60,000 nt of DNA from Lytechinus pictus (Eukaryota). Made by a program: the position numbers and the translations under genes. Below are positions 13,836 through 25,691 of the stretch, in pieces. The notes below the pieces were generated by a model that saw nothing but the letters and a program-made list of their open reading frames with translations, was not told where the DNA came from and ran no database searches. Within the stretch, counting starts at the first letter, position 1, and every line of letters starts with the position of its first letter. Location: positions 12,650,001 through 12,710,000 of the forward strand of contig NC_087252.1 in NCBI RefSeq assembly GCF_037042905.1, given 5' to 3'.

Positions 13836-14108
13836 AGATGATCTTTGAAGGTTTCCATGGTGGAGAGAATATTGAAAGGTTTACGGTAAACACCATGTAT
13901 GTAGTCCTGAAAAGGACTGTTTGTTATTCTTTCTTGAATATATGTTAGCTCTGAAAAGAACTGTTATCGACGTTTCTGATGACGACCAGAACACGCTGGT
14001 CGAAACGTCGATAACAGTTCTTTTCAGAGCTAACATATATTCAAGAAAGAATAACAAACAGTCCTTTTCAGGACTACATACATGGTGTTTACCGTAAACC
14101 TTTCAATA
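13836..14108. mobile_element. Penelope pLTR-derived palindromic insertion inside the LINE
   Basis: Perfect 107-bp inverted arms at 13870-13976 and 14002-14108. Flanking duplication taatacgct at 13827-13835 and 14107-14115. Removing the insert restores the LINE frame IDNIFCNTLDIDSG. Confidence 0.75.
13976..14013 (+). ncRNA. Hammerhead-ribozyme-like core (minimal, Penelope type), probably lacking its native stem I
   Basis: CTGATGA-c-GACCAG-aacacg-CTGGTC-GAAA-cgtcga-TA: both conserved boxes flank a 6-bp stem II. Confidence 0.6.
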
Positions 14109-17100
14109 ATACGCTGGATATTGACTCTGGTTTATTCATAGCTGACATATCAGACCACTTACCTATATTTTGTGTAAAGAAACACATTATGATTTTTAAT
14201 GAATGGCAGTCACAATTACCAAAAAGACAGATAAATGATGATAATATAATTAAATGTAATAGAAAACTATGTGAAGTTGATTGGAGTCATGTATATAGTA
14301 CTGATGATGCTAATAATTGTTACGATATATTTATGTCAGTATTCGATTCAGTTTATAATAAATGTTTTCCAGAATTGAAGTCAAAATCAAAAGCGAAGGT
14401 TACTTTTAGGAAACCTTCGCTATCAAATGGCCTCATTAAATCCATAAAAAAGAAGAATAAAATGTATAAAAAGTTACTGAACAAATATTCTGACAAGCAA
14501 AAGGAAAGTTACATTAAGTACAAAAACAAATTGATAAACTTATTACGCAGTGCTAAATCTGAATATTATTCTAAACTCTTTAATCAAATTAGAGGAAACA
14601 CACAAAAGATTTGGAATAACATAAATAATATACTGGGTAATAAACGCTTTAAGAAGTTACCATCGGTTAAGTATTTCAATGATTCAAAGTTAGAACAGTC
14701 AAAGTAGAACATTTTAATTCTTATTTTTTGAATATCGGTAAGAATATTGCTCACAGAATTCCTCCTGTGCGTGTGTCATATGATTCATTCTTAACCAGAA
14801 ACAGATCACCGAACTCTTTGTTTTTCAGACCTACTTCTCCAAATGAAATATAAAAGATTGCCCTTTCTTTAAATTCTTCAAAATCAAGCGGCCCTGACGG
14901 CATAGACCCTAAAGTTATAAAGAAATCTATACATTACTTCATTGAAACACTATGTTTTATATTCAATACATCAATTTCTACAGGAATAGTGCCTCATCAT
15001 CTGAAATTTGCCAAGGTAGTACCAGTTTTCAAAAAAGGAAATGCAAACGATTTAACTAATTATAGGCCAATTGCTATCCTTCCTCTGTTTACAAAGATTC
15101 TTGAAAAAATAATTCATGAACGTTTATATACATTTTTAAAGATGAACAATTTTTTAACTGATGCTCAATTTGGGTTCAGGAAAATAATTTCGACTTCATA
15201 AGCTGTCTCTAATTTATGTACTTTTATTCAAAATGAACTTGAAAAGGATAATTTTTGCATTGGACTTTTTATGGACTTGTCAAAGGCATTTGACACCATT
15301 GACCATCACATACTACCAAAAAAACTTTACTCTCGTGGTGTCAGAGGTCTTGCCCTTAAATGGTTTGAAAATTATCTTTCTAACAGAAGTCAATATGTGA
15401 TGGTCAATGGTGTCAAATCCTCAATACAGCATCTCAACTGTTGTGTCCCTCAAGGATCTGTCTTGGGCCCTCTCTTGTTCCTTATATATGTCAATGATAT
15501 CATAAAATCTTCTTCTCTTCTCAAGTTTTCCCTGTTTGCCGACGATACTTGTGCACTCATGAGTAGCAGTAACATTAAAACACTTGTCTTGTCGGTAAAC
15601 AGGGAAATAGCAAAAGTCTATACATGGTTCAAAGCAAATAAATTAGCTCTGAATATAGCCAAAACAAACTATATTATATTTAGATCAAGGAACAAGAGAG
15701 TGCCCCATGGCCTACCACATATTATAATTGATAATCTTGTAATTTCTAAATTGAAGAATATAAAGTTTCTTGGAGTTACTTTTAATGAGCTCATGGATTG
15801 GAGCATACACATATGAGAAATTTGTAAATCTTTATCTAAATATGTTGGTATCTTATATCAATTGAAATTTATATTACCTTCTAATGTTTTAAATATTCTT
15901 TATAGAAGCCTTATCTTGCCACATCTAAATTATTGTAACTATATTTGGGGTAATACATACAAGTCACGCCTTCTAAAGCCATATATCCTTCAGAAAAATC
16001 AATCCGGTTAATTGCAAAGTCTCATATACAAAGTGCTAGTAAACTCCTTTTCAAAAAGATGAATATTTTACCTCTCCATGAACTAATTACTTTAAATACT
16101 CTAATCTCTATGTACTCAGTTAAAAATCAAATTTTTCCATTGAAGTATTGCAATATGTTTTCACTCAATTCAACTCAATTCTTATGCTACTAGACAAAAA
16201 TATAATTTCCATGTTCCAAAAGTGAGACTTACTTCTTCTTTAAATTCACTAGCTTTAGTCGGTATAAAAAAATGGAATCAACTCCCAATTTCACTAAAAA
16301 ATTGTTCAACTCTATCCTGTTTCCAAAAAATGTTTAGGGCGTACTTAATGGAAAATCTATAAATTTACCAGGGTTTGTGTGTGTGATGGTGTGTGTATGT
16401 GTGTATGTTTATACATTTATATATCTGCTGATAAAATTTGTGTTTTCTTAGTGTTCTGTTTCTGATTGTGAATTATGTCAATGCTATCGTTTTGGGGGCC
16501 ATTCTCTACAAGCAGTTTACTTTTTTATAGTCCTAGCCATATTTTTTACCATGTGTTACATAACTATGTACACTGTTTGATTTGTATATACACATTTCTA
16601 TGGTTGAATAAAATTGAATTGAATTGAATGGTCGGAATGATTATTGATATGCAATTGTAAAATCGGCACTTAGAAGTCAAAAATATAGTTTTTAATATGT
16701 AGATAACATCCCCCAAATTATGGTTGCTAAGGTAAAGGTTACCTAGCAACTGATGCTATATGGGGAGAGATCATGTTGGCACCCCTGCTAAAAATGTTTA
16801 GCACTATTCACTCTACCGGTCAGCCAAAGTCCATGCTTTTACCATAATCTGAACAATTCTTGCTATTTTTGCACCGATCATCTAGACTATAATAATCTTT
16901 GTTAGGTATTTTTAAAAAGGAACCCTCTTGTCCATACGAATAGAAAAAAAATATTTACTCCATTTATGATATTGTTATTAAAGGTCAAAGAAACCAGTCT
17001 TAATCATATTTTATGTTGTACATAATGTTTTTTTTTTTCAATCTTTGGTGTCACCAGAAGCCTGATGAACCACAAATTTTAGGGACTTTATTCATGAGCT

Positions 17101-17676
17101 GGTTTTTACTTTAATCACTTACGGATTTTTTCACATCCTGATGAAATTATTAGACTGTTAGTTTCGATCCAATAAGCTTCACAGCATAGTTTGATTTAGA
17201 TGACTCAACTGGTTTGCATCTAATGTGTTATTTAAAGGTCAAGTCCAACCGAGAAAAATGTTGATTTTAATCGATAAAGAAATATGTGACAAGCATAACG
17301 CTGGAAATTTAATCACAATCGGATGTAAAATAAGAAAGATATGACATCTTGGAATTTTCTCTTTTTCATTCAAGCCAACCTGTTATTGGGTTGACTTGTC
17401 TTTCAGATTCTTCTGGTTAAACTAAGTGTTTTCTTTAACAGAAACATTAAACGCTACTGAAGAATGGTCTACTCGACAATTTGTTTTTGACTTTTAATTG
17501 TATCCATAAGATCATTTTAAGAAAATACTACAACACAGTAACGCTTTGCAACTACGTTCTATGTCAACATCTACCTCAGATGACACTTTTTTGTAATTGC
17601 ATGTGAACCATTTTATTAAAATAATCATACTATGAAAAAAAAATACAATTCATATCACACTATGAAGGAAACTTAC

Positions 17677-17720
17677 CGGGCATATATTCCACATCTGTAG
17701 AAGTTTAGTTACAACTACTC
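17677..17720 (-). other. Candidate 44-nt exon of the minus-strand host gene
   Basis: ccttcctcttAG|gagtagttg...tatgcccg|GTAAGT, a consensus donor and a pyrimidine-rich acceptor. Confidence 0.4.
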
Positions 17721-18340
17721 CTAAGAGGAAGGTTAGTACCATCTGTCACGAAATAGAGAAAAGAAAAGTATTACATCAGTTGCTTTGCGCTCCTTTCGGA
17801 GATCCCCATACCCGCCCGCATTAACTCTTTAAATGCCATTGGCAGCTATGCGTGCCCTTATCCCTCAAATGCCATTGGCACGTATACGTGCCCAAATAAC
17901 TTTTTTTTAAACCAATTTTACAGCCAGAAAATCAACACCATATTCTCTGTTTTTTATGTTGTTATACTAGCAAGGAATTCACGATTCATTTTATCATATA
18001 AAAATAGTGGTTTACCTTTTTTTGAGCAAAATTGTATTTTTGCATCATTATTTTGAAGAATTGATTTCGGATATTGCCGCGATTTGAATCAAGATTTATT
18101 CTACAGACATGTGTGATATAACGGTTGTGTGTAGCAATACACGTACTTCTACGGGCAGAGCAAAGGCGAATGTGCGGAGACATTCAGCTCGGAATTGACC
18201 AATGACCGAGCGATACGATGTTCCCCACCCAACGCTATTCGCCAATTCGCTATTGTTACATGAATATTCATGAGCTATCGATCGGGTCTTTTGCATTGCA
18301 TTCCATTCCATTCTTTGTTTTTATTAGAGAGTCAAAAGGG

Positions 18341-18379
18341 GCCTAAGCTTTCGATCCTAGCAGAATCTTCGTCGGAGGC
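18341..18379 (-). ncRNA. Variant minimal hammerhead-like motif in the Penelope pLTR
   Basis: Minus strand: GCCT-CCGACGA-a-GATTCT-gct-AGGATC-GAAA-gc-TT-AGGC. Stem I is gcct/aggc, stem II has 6 bp, and palindromic AAGCTT replaces stem III. The core has U4>C. Confidence 0.55.
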
Positions 18380-19310
18380 AAAATGACGAACGTATAAAGT
18401 GGATCAACCATAATATAGACCACAGACATTCAACAGCAACACTAGAAACAAGGAGACAAAAGGGGCATTAGTGAGAAGAGATGACCAATCAGGTTGATAA
18501 AGGGGATGAAAGAAAAGGAGTGGACAGACACAAACTGAAGTTGGTGTAAGGCCAAAGAAAGACCTCAAGCCAAGAGGGATTAAGATGTGAGGCAGGCAAC
18601 ATCAAACAGGATCTGAAACAAAACAGTGATAGAGGGTATAAGGAAGAGATGAATAACAAGAGAATTAGTGAGAGGTGGGTCAAACAGGTAACAAAGAAAG
18701 GCATAATAAACTGGTGCGTAAGAGTGGGGAAAAGGGAAAGAATGGGGAACAACTGATAATGTGCAAAAGACATAAGTATGTATGATGGAGTAATTAACAA
18801 ACTAAGAGAAGTAAGTAAGTGTAAAAATAAACCTGTAAGAATAAAAGTATGTAAATATTTCCAAAAGGAATGTATATGAAAAGAAAAATATATATATATA
18901 TGCAAAAGGTGTAACTGATATGGTAATCCGCTGGGTGGGAGGGGGAAAAAACAGAAAACTATATATAAAAAAAACCTGTATAAATGGAAGGGAAGCAAAT
19001 AGCCTAAAAGGGTAAAAGCAAATAAAGAAGCTGATGCTGTATGAGACAGGGGGTGTATTAAGAAAAAAAAACATAGTAAACATGAAAATAAGCAAAATGA
19101 ATAAGAGGTAAATCTAAGAGGTGAGTGGAGAGAGAAAAAAAAATACCGGTATATATAATAATAATTATAATAACGTCTGAATAGGGGAGGAAAAATTGGA
19201 GCTGAGCTTGTATGAGATATGGGGGAAAGTAGAGGCAGAAACTATAATGTAACTAATCTAAAAGAGCCGAGGGAAAAAATATATGTGTACACAAATGGAA
19301 AGTGGAAAAA

Positions 19311-20573
19311 TCAGTCGTTCCCCTCTTGAATGTTCAGGCCATGATGTTGGATGGTGCGAAGTCGTCTCATCCAGAACTTCTTTCTGCTAGTACGGACTGA
19401 GTCAGGACGGGTAACTAAAGATTCGATGCCCTGTAGCATCATGTCAGTGATGGAGTGGTTGGGAAGGTTAAAATGGCGGCCAACTGGAGTGTCCAGCTTT
19501 GCTGTGTTGACGGTGGATCTGTGCCCGTAGAATCGTTTCTTGAGTGTGGTCTTGGTTTCCCCTACGTATTGTACCCTACAAACTCTGCAAGTGATGAGAT
19601 ATACAACATTAGTGGTAGTGCATGTGATGTTGCCCTTGGTTTGGTGAGAAAGGCTGGTAGAGTTGCTGGTGAGAGTGTCGCCCTCGTGAATGTGTATTTC
19701 ACATATAATACACCTGTTGCTGGTGCATTTGAAGGTGCCATGCTGCATGGGAGAAGAATGGTTAGTGAGGGAGGGCAATTCAGCACGAACAATGAGGTCC
19801 CTGAGATTCGGTGGTCGTCGGTATGCTAGAAGGGGAGTATCGGGAACGGCCTGTTGGAGACGATCAGAAGTGTGTAAAATGTGGTGGTTATCACACAGGA
19901 TTTTGCGGAGATGGGGTAGATTGGGATGGAAGGTGGTCACAAGCGGTATTCTGTCGGTAGTCTTCTTGTCAGTTTTAGGTTTGAGAACTTCAGATCTGGG
20001 GAGAGAACGAACTTTGTTGATTGCCAGTTGGACTGCCCTGGCCCCGTGGCCCCTGGCACAGAGATGTTTCTGCAAATTCCTGGTATGGAAGGAAAAATCA
20101 GGGTCCTCGGAGCAGATACGGCGAAGTCTGAGGGCTTGACTGTAAGCGATGCCGGTTTTGCAGTGACGGGGGTGGCAGCTGGATGAGTGGAGGTACTGGT
20201 GGGTATCAGTGGGTTTAGTGTACAGGGTAGTGGTGATACCGTTAGGCTTTTTCTGGACTGTGACATCAAGGAAGTGTGTTTCCTGTTGGGAGAAATCAGA
20301 AGTGAATTTGATGGTCCTGTGGAAGGAATTGATGTGGTCAATGAATGTGTGGAGGCTATCTTCCTCTCTGGTCCAGATGAAGAAAATGTCGTCTATGTAA
20401 CGCCACCAAATCCATGGACGACAGGGGGCTGAATCTAACATCTGCTGTTCCAGCTTGGTCATGAAGAGACAGGCGAATGAAGGAGCCATCCGGGTGCCCA
20501 TTGCTGTGCCGAATATTTGTAGGTAGTGCTGGTCCATGAAAGTGAAGTTGTTTTTAGTTAGTACATGAGACAT
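19311..20573 (-). CDS. Penelope-like reverse transcriptase (C-terminal part) plus GIY-YIG endonuclease, N-terminally truncated
   Basis: RT motifs: YLQIFGTAMGTRMAPSFACLFM, WWRYIDDIF, FLDV, YTKPTD. Cys-rich linker: CTSNRCIIC. Endonuclease: VVYLITC..C..QYVGET...R...H...GLN. The 420-aa frame is uninterrupted. Confidence 0.93.
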   Translation of the reverse strand: MSHVLTKNNFTFMDQHYLQIFGTAMGTRMAPSFACLFMTKLEQQMLDSAPCRPWIWWRYIDDIFFIWTREEDSLHTFIDHINSFHRTIKFTSDFSQQETHFLDVTVQKKPNGITTTLYTKPTDTHQYLHSSSCHPRHCKTGIAYSQALRLRRICSEDPDFSFHTRNLQKHLCARGHGARAVQLAINKVRSLPRSEVLKPKTDKKTTDRIPLVTTFHPNLPHLRKILCDNHHILHTSDRLQQAVPDTPLLAYRRPPNLRDLIVRAELPSLTNHSSPMQHGTFKCTSNRCIICEIHIHEGDTLTSNSTSLSHQTKGNITCTTTNVVYLITCRVCRVQYVGETKTTLKKRFYGHRSTVNTAKLDTPVGRHFNLPNHSITDMMLQGIESLVTRPDSVRTSRKKFWMRRLRTIQHHGLNIQEGND

Positions 20574-20810
20574 CAGAGATTTGATATCGGATATGGGGGG
20601 ACTAGACTAGAATTCTATTCCCCCCATATCCGATATCCGGCTACAAAGATCAGATATGATCATATTTCATTTTTTTCCAGAGATATTTATCTCCTCTCTA
20701 TACAAATCATCTTTATTTCATAACAAAATAGAGAAGCTCAATTTACCCAGGTCCTTTGCCGGAAATAGCGGCGCAAAGTCCCCTTCACTGGCAATATGCA
20801 GGAATATAGA

Positions 20811-20811
<1 letters not shown>

Positions 20812-20852
<41 letters not shown>
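20812..20852. repeat. (TA)n microsatellite
   Basis: Directly visible TA run. Confidence 0.95.
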
Positions 20853-20856
<4 letters not shown>

Positions 20857-23488
20857 ATATAGGTATATTGATATAAAACAATTAAACACATAATGAGTTA
20901 CGTACAGTACATAAGAAATCTTAGTATGCGGAGATGTGTAACTATAAAAGGAATGAATTATGTGGACAGATGTGACGGGAAGAGAAGGTGAAATATAAAT
21001 GAAAGAGTATGTCGGAAAGGGTATGTCGGTGTCAGAAAAAAGGAAGATGCAGAAGAGTAATCAACACTTGTCATAGAGATAACGTGTAAGTATAAGAACA
21101 AGAAAAAGAAATATGACATAAGAAATACGTAACATTGTATTGTAAGTGTAGAGCCATATACATTACATTTTGCCTATATCTATTTTAAGTGGTTATTCTA
21201 GTTCGCATTTCATAGACCACAGATAATTTTTTTTAATTTGATTATACATATTCCACCGTCTGTAAATCTGTCAGTATGACTAGTCACATAATCATAATAT
21301 AAATAGAAGTATATACGACTATAAAGGTATAAACGACTATGAATGATAGTCGTACCCTGAAATTTATATACGACCATGTACGACAACAAAGGTGTATACG
21401 ACTATTATTGATATCACAGATAATTTTTTACTTTGATATACTTTGATTATGTATATTACAGTTTGTAAATTGTCAGAATACCAGTCTTATAATGACTGTA
21501 ATCACGAAATTCTAATTGCGTAATTATTCATTATATTTATCTTAATTTTGGTTACCCTGGAAGCCGGGGGGGGGGGTCTCTTACTTCAAAACGGCTCAAC
21601 CTTAACATTTTTCAGACAGTTTTAAAATGAGTGTTCACAAATATCAACGTTCATAATATTTAAAGCGATTTATTTGACCGACCAGGACCCCCAGTTTTTG
21701 TACTGCTGTAAAAAGTAGTTGTAGTGTAGTAGTAGAAGCTTTGTTACTCTCATTATAATTTTTTAGCTCACTGTAAATTATCGTTTATTATTAAAGCACA
21801 AAATTTCTGCAAAGATATAAAAGTAAAATAAAAGTGAAAAAAATAACACGAGATGAAAAAGAAAGGAGAGAGAGTCCAGAGATTACGAGAGATGGATAGA
21901 AAGATAGATGGAGAGAGAGAGAGAGAAAGAGAGAGATGTGAGATCAGTTACGTAATAATGATAACGTATGAATATTATGCTAGAATTATGTTTTTTAATA
22001 AATACATTTAATTTTGTATTCAACCTGGGTCACCATAAAAAGGGCTAAAAATCAACATAAACACTTCCACCTGACCTCACATTTTTTTAGGCGAGGGGGG
22101 GGGGGGTCAGATCAGAAATACAGTACAAATAGGCCTATTTTTTTTTTGAAAATCAGTTGTATTGAAATTTTAGTTTGTAACTATTCTGCATTTTCTCTTC
22201 TTGATTCACGAAAAATAAACATTTTTTCTTAGTTCTGTGTACTTTGCCAAGAACGCCCATATCATTTTGTGGGATTTTACACCCCAAACCTATTAGTATT
22301 GAATCTGTCCGATCCCTCTTTATCTATATTTCAATATATCATCTTTAGTTTTCTATATTTTATCTCCTTGTGACTGGCAATAACTTTGTTACAGTACGAA
22401 AGCCCGTATAGTATGTACGACAAATAGACCCTGACAAAATATAACCAAACTTTACACTGATTCATGCTGTAGATTTAGAACGATAGTTGAGTGGGTCACA
22501 AATGTGTTGTTGCCGATACTGGATAGAAATCGCCTACATTATCCAAAACAGTACATAGTTGAGTGCATCGCACACCACATATCGTATCCAGGTTACGATT
22601 TTTCTAAAACATGTTTTGCATTACGACAATAATGACAAGAATTTAAATGACATAAAATTTACTCTGCACTAATAATTTTGTTTCCCCCATAGCGGTTGCT
22701 GCGGAATACCGCACATTCTGAAAAATTACAGGGTCTTGTTTTGAAGACTACACGAATGTAAGGGTACGGTTGGCTGCACTGTGAAGATACATGACTCTAA
22801 TATATTATTGTGTGTGTTTGCGTGGAGATCGCAGCTGTGCTGTGATTGGTCACTTGATCGACGACAATGCCCTTTTTTGGAATAGGTCGGGTTCAATTGC
22901 GTGTGTATAAGCCCTCTCGTATTTCAGAGGAAATAACTTGAATAGCAAAATAGTACTTCATTCAAAAGAGCATTATTTTTCGTATTTCTGTTTGTTGAAT
23001 TTCGTCAATAGATACGTCATTTGAAAGGGTAAACATTGAACTTTCATTTTATCTTCTTAATTTCTTGGTATCTCTACAATTACTCCGGTTATTCACTCTT
23101 TGAAATGTTCATGAAATCATTATTTTCTAGGTTTTACTTATTGAAAAAACAATGTAAAATATTTCATCTTTTCTTAATTTTTCCAATTGCAAATATGAAA
23201 GGTCATAACACGATCATAAGGTCCATGAACCATGCATCATTTCATGTGTAGAAGGTTTGATTATACAACCTACGGGTAAAATGTTATGACCGTTTAAAAA
23301 TCAGTCTCTGCTTACGTTTCGGTCAATTTAGGATTCCCTCGAATATCCCTGGCACTAGAGGGGTATTGGGCCCGGCATAGTAAGAGTTAAAAAAGTGTAT
23401 TGAATGTTGTTCCTGGTGCCAAGGTTCCCACAAAATGGTTTGAAATGCACCTTACACAACGCAGAAGTCCTCAAGATGAGCTACAAAT

Positions 23489-23790
23489 GAAGAGCTCGCT
23501 TCCAAAAGGGGTTAGGTTCATTTTTCATCAAATTAGATTTTTATGTCTCAATGTAAATATTTTAGTAGCTCTATAAGCTGATACCAAAGAAAAGTTGAAA
23601 TTCCTATCAAAAAGTGAACTAAAATAGCAAAGAAAAATCACCTTTTTTCAAAAGGGGTTAGGTCCATTTCAGTTAAGTTGCAAGTGGGGTTAGGTCCACA
23701 ATGATATTTGCAATAAGTGAGAATAAAAAAACATGTATTTTCTCGGAATGGTCCAAAGTGGACCTAACCCCTTTTGCAACTAAACTCTTC
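23489..23790. mobile_element. MITE with ~30-bp imperfect TIRs (possibly Sola-like)
   Basis: aaat|gaagagctcgcttccaaaaggggttaggttca...tggacctaaccccttttgcaactaaactcttc|aaac. The 4-bp TSD has one mismatch, and the ggggttaggtcca motif is repeated internally. Confidence 0.65.
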
Positions 23791-24246
23791 AAACATACTT
23801 CAAGGTTATCTTGAAACACCTGTATGTCTCTATCCACTCCCAATAATATGCAATATAACTTATAAATTTAATAATATGTCACTCTACCTTACAACATGTA
23901 ATATGATAAAGATGGCGAAATTATTCCAGTGAAAAACAATGTATGCAGTGACTTTGCTGCTCCTCCAGCGTGTCTAGGGCAGGTGGCCTTGTTGGATTTG
24001 GCCTGAGGGGCCTTGTTTTTGTCTTTATATTCGGACGATCTATCATTTGCTTTCAAAGAAAATGATAGATTGTCTTAGTGCCATAGTAAAAATTGGCACT
24101 ATGGCACTAAGAAGATTTACGAATAACGATAGACTCCTGCAAGTTGATAATCTTCTATTCATTGTTCTATACAAGATTGTGGTTTTTGTTGAGTTGAGAT
24201 ATACTGAATGTTATTAAATGAATTCGTTCGGCATGTGCCCATCAAA

Positions 24247-24540
24247 TAATAATTATGATAATGATAATAGGCATTTATATAGCGCCATCTATCTAGAAAT
24301 AATCTATTCCGATGTGCGATGTTATTATTATTATTACCCTGGCTTTAGCTTGAGCTGCCTTTCAGCGCTCATGCATTGAAGTAATTAATCCTGCCGGGTA
24401 CCCATTCACCTCACCTGGGTTGAGTGCAGCATGAGGTGGTTAAATTTCTTGCTAAAGGAAATTACGCCATGGCTGGGAATCGTACCCACGACCCTCTGTT
24501 TCAAAGTCAGAAGACTAAATCCACTGGGCCACAACGCTCC
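24247..24540 (-). mobile_element. tRNA-derived SINE with a Deu/Nin-like core and an L2-like tail
   Basis: Minus strand: ggagcgttgTGGCCCAGTGG (A box)...GGTACGATTCC (B box), central ctcaacccaggtgaggtgaatgggtacc, and 3' gcgctatataaat plus (att)-like repeats. Confidence 0.8.
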
Positions 24541-25221
24541 AAATTATAATTCGAGTGCCCTCCATTCCGAACCTATAATTTAGAGTTTTCCTGTTGTGAA
24601 TAACCAATTACATAAGTTAGTTAGGCATATCCTATCCCATGCAGGGGCGGATCAAGCCTTCGCCAATAAGGGGAGGGGTTATTTTTTCAGCCACATTTTC
24701 CCTGATCGGCTGCTCGAAGTTTATTATTGTTTGTTTCTTTGAAGGGCTAGTCCTATTAGTCACTTCTAGACTTTATTCTTATAAATCAAAATAAATATAC
24801 AATGATCTAATAAGCCTTATCTAAATAGTGCGAGCTCGAAGCGCGAGCTTTTTTTTTATTTTCATGTATTTTGTGCTAAGATTTAAACATTCTTGACAAT
24901 GTTTGTGATCCTAAGGAAGGTGTGAATCCAACTAAGTAATTACTGCAAGCGCGAAGCTCGAGCAGAAAATGTTAATATACAGTGCGTATCAAAAAAAGTT
25001 TACACTTTAAAAAAAATCCTGTAAGATTATACATTTGTAATATCCTGAAGATTTTTCCACATTTTAATATTGGTACAGATCCATTTAAGCAAATGACGAT
25101 ATAACTGTCGATCCAGGAGGATGGTACAACACCTCCCCTAAATTTATCAAATTCCGAGTATTTTCGAACAACCCGCATGTGTGATAATATTAAGACGATT
25201 AATGTAATAAATTATACTCAC

Positions 25222-25330
25222 CCAGAATATGGAGACTATAATGTCGATTGAAGCCATATCAAAGATTCCACTCTTCGTGATATTGCTGTGTAAAGATGAT
25301 TCCGATTGGTACAATGATTGGTTGGGGTCA
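25222..25330 (-). other. Candidate exon (possible alternative first exon) of the minus-strand host gene
   Basis: ATG at 25257 gives MASIDIIVSIFW|GTGAGT. Two CCAAT boxes lie just upstream, and there are possible acceptors before 25285 and 25330. Confidence 0.3.
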
Positions 25331-25691
25331 CTTGTAAATGAAAGGAAAAATAAGTGGAAATTGCTCGGTACGTTAAAAGCCTCTGCATTTTTTACCTCTA
25401 CCATTTTTACACCAAACCCCGGACTAGGTCCTTAAAATCAACACTGAAAACAGTCTCTTTAAACTACATAATAACTTGGGACATTGAGCTGAAGAGGTAG
25501 TAAACACTTGAATGATTTAAGCTAGGGTTACACCAAGACCGAATTCTCCCGAATAAATTCGGACCAATTTTGCACGAATACGGCCTGATTCTGATGGATT
25601 CGGAACTAATTCGAATTGACACGAATTAATCTTGGTCATTCCGAATAAAGCCTAATGCCACCTGAATATTAGCAAGAATCGGGCCGAATGT

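Larger units (their letters stand above)
13783..16629 (+). mobile_element. 5'-truncated, decayed CR1-group (Crack/CR1-like) LINE ORF2: end of APE domain, RT and C-terminus
   Basis: APE end: STTLIDNIF...ADISDHLPIF. RT motifs: NYRPIAILP, QFGFR, DLSKAFDTIDH, VPQGSVLGPLLFLIYVND, FADDT, KFLGV. Multiple stops and frameshifts; 3' aataaa plus (attga)n tail. Confidence 0.9.
18312..20637 (-). mobile_element. Penelope-like retroelement (Neptune-like), 5'-truncated
   Basis: RT+GIY-YIG ORF, ~950-nt pyrimidine-rich 3' region, hammerhead-like motif near the 3' end and a short inversion at the 5' junction. The 3' boundary is approximate. Confidence 0.85.

Noticed and set aside
18489..19095. Hydrophobic 169-aa and 97-aa ORFs as membrane proteins
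   Set aside because: They arise from the T/C-rich Penelope 3' region and look like compositional artefacts.
19455..20432. Several overlapping antisense or alternate-frame ORFs
   Set aside because: These are shadows of the GC-richer Penelope ORF with no independent motifs.
17821..23390. One piggyBac-like element enclosing the Penelope (ttaactctt...aagagttaa)
   Set aside because: The TIR match is short and imperfect and the subterminal sequences differ, so these are more likely ends of two different elements.
24460..24540. Functional tRNA gene
   Set aside because: A and B boxes are present but the B box is mutated, there is no proper acceptor stem, and it continues into a SINE body.
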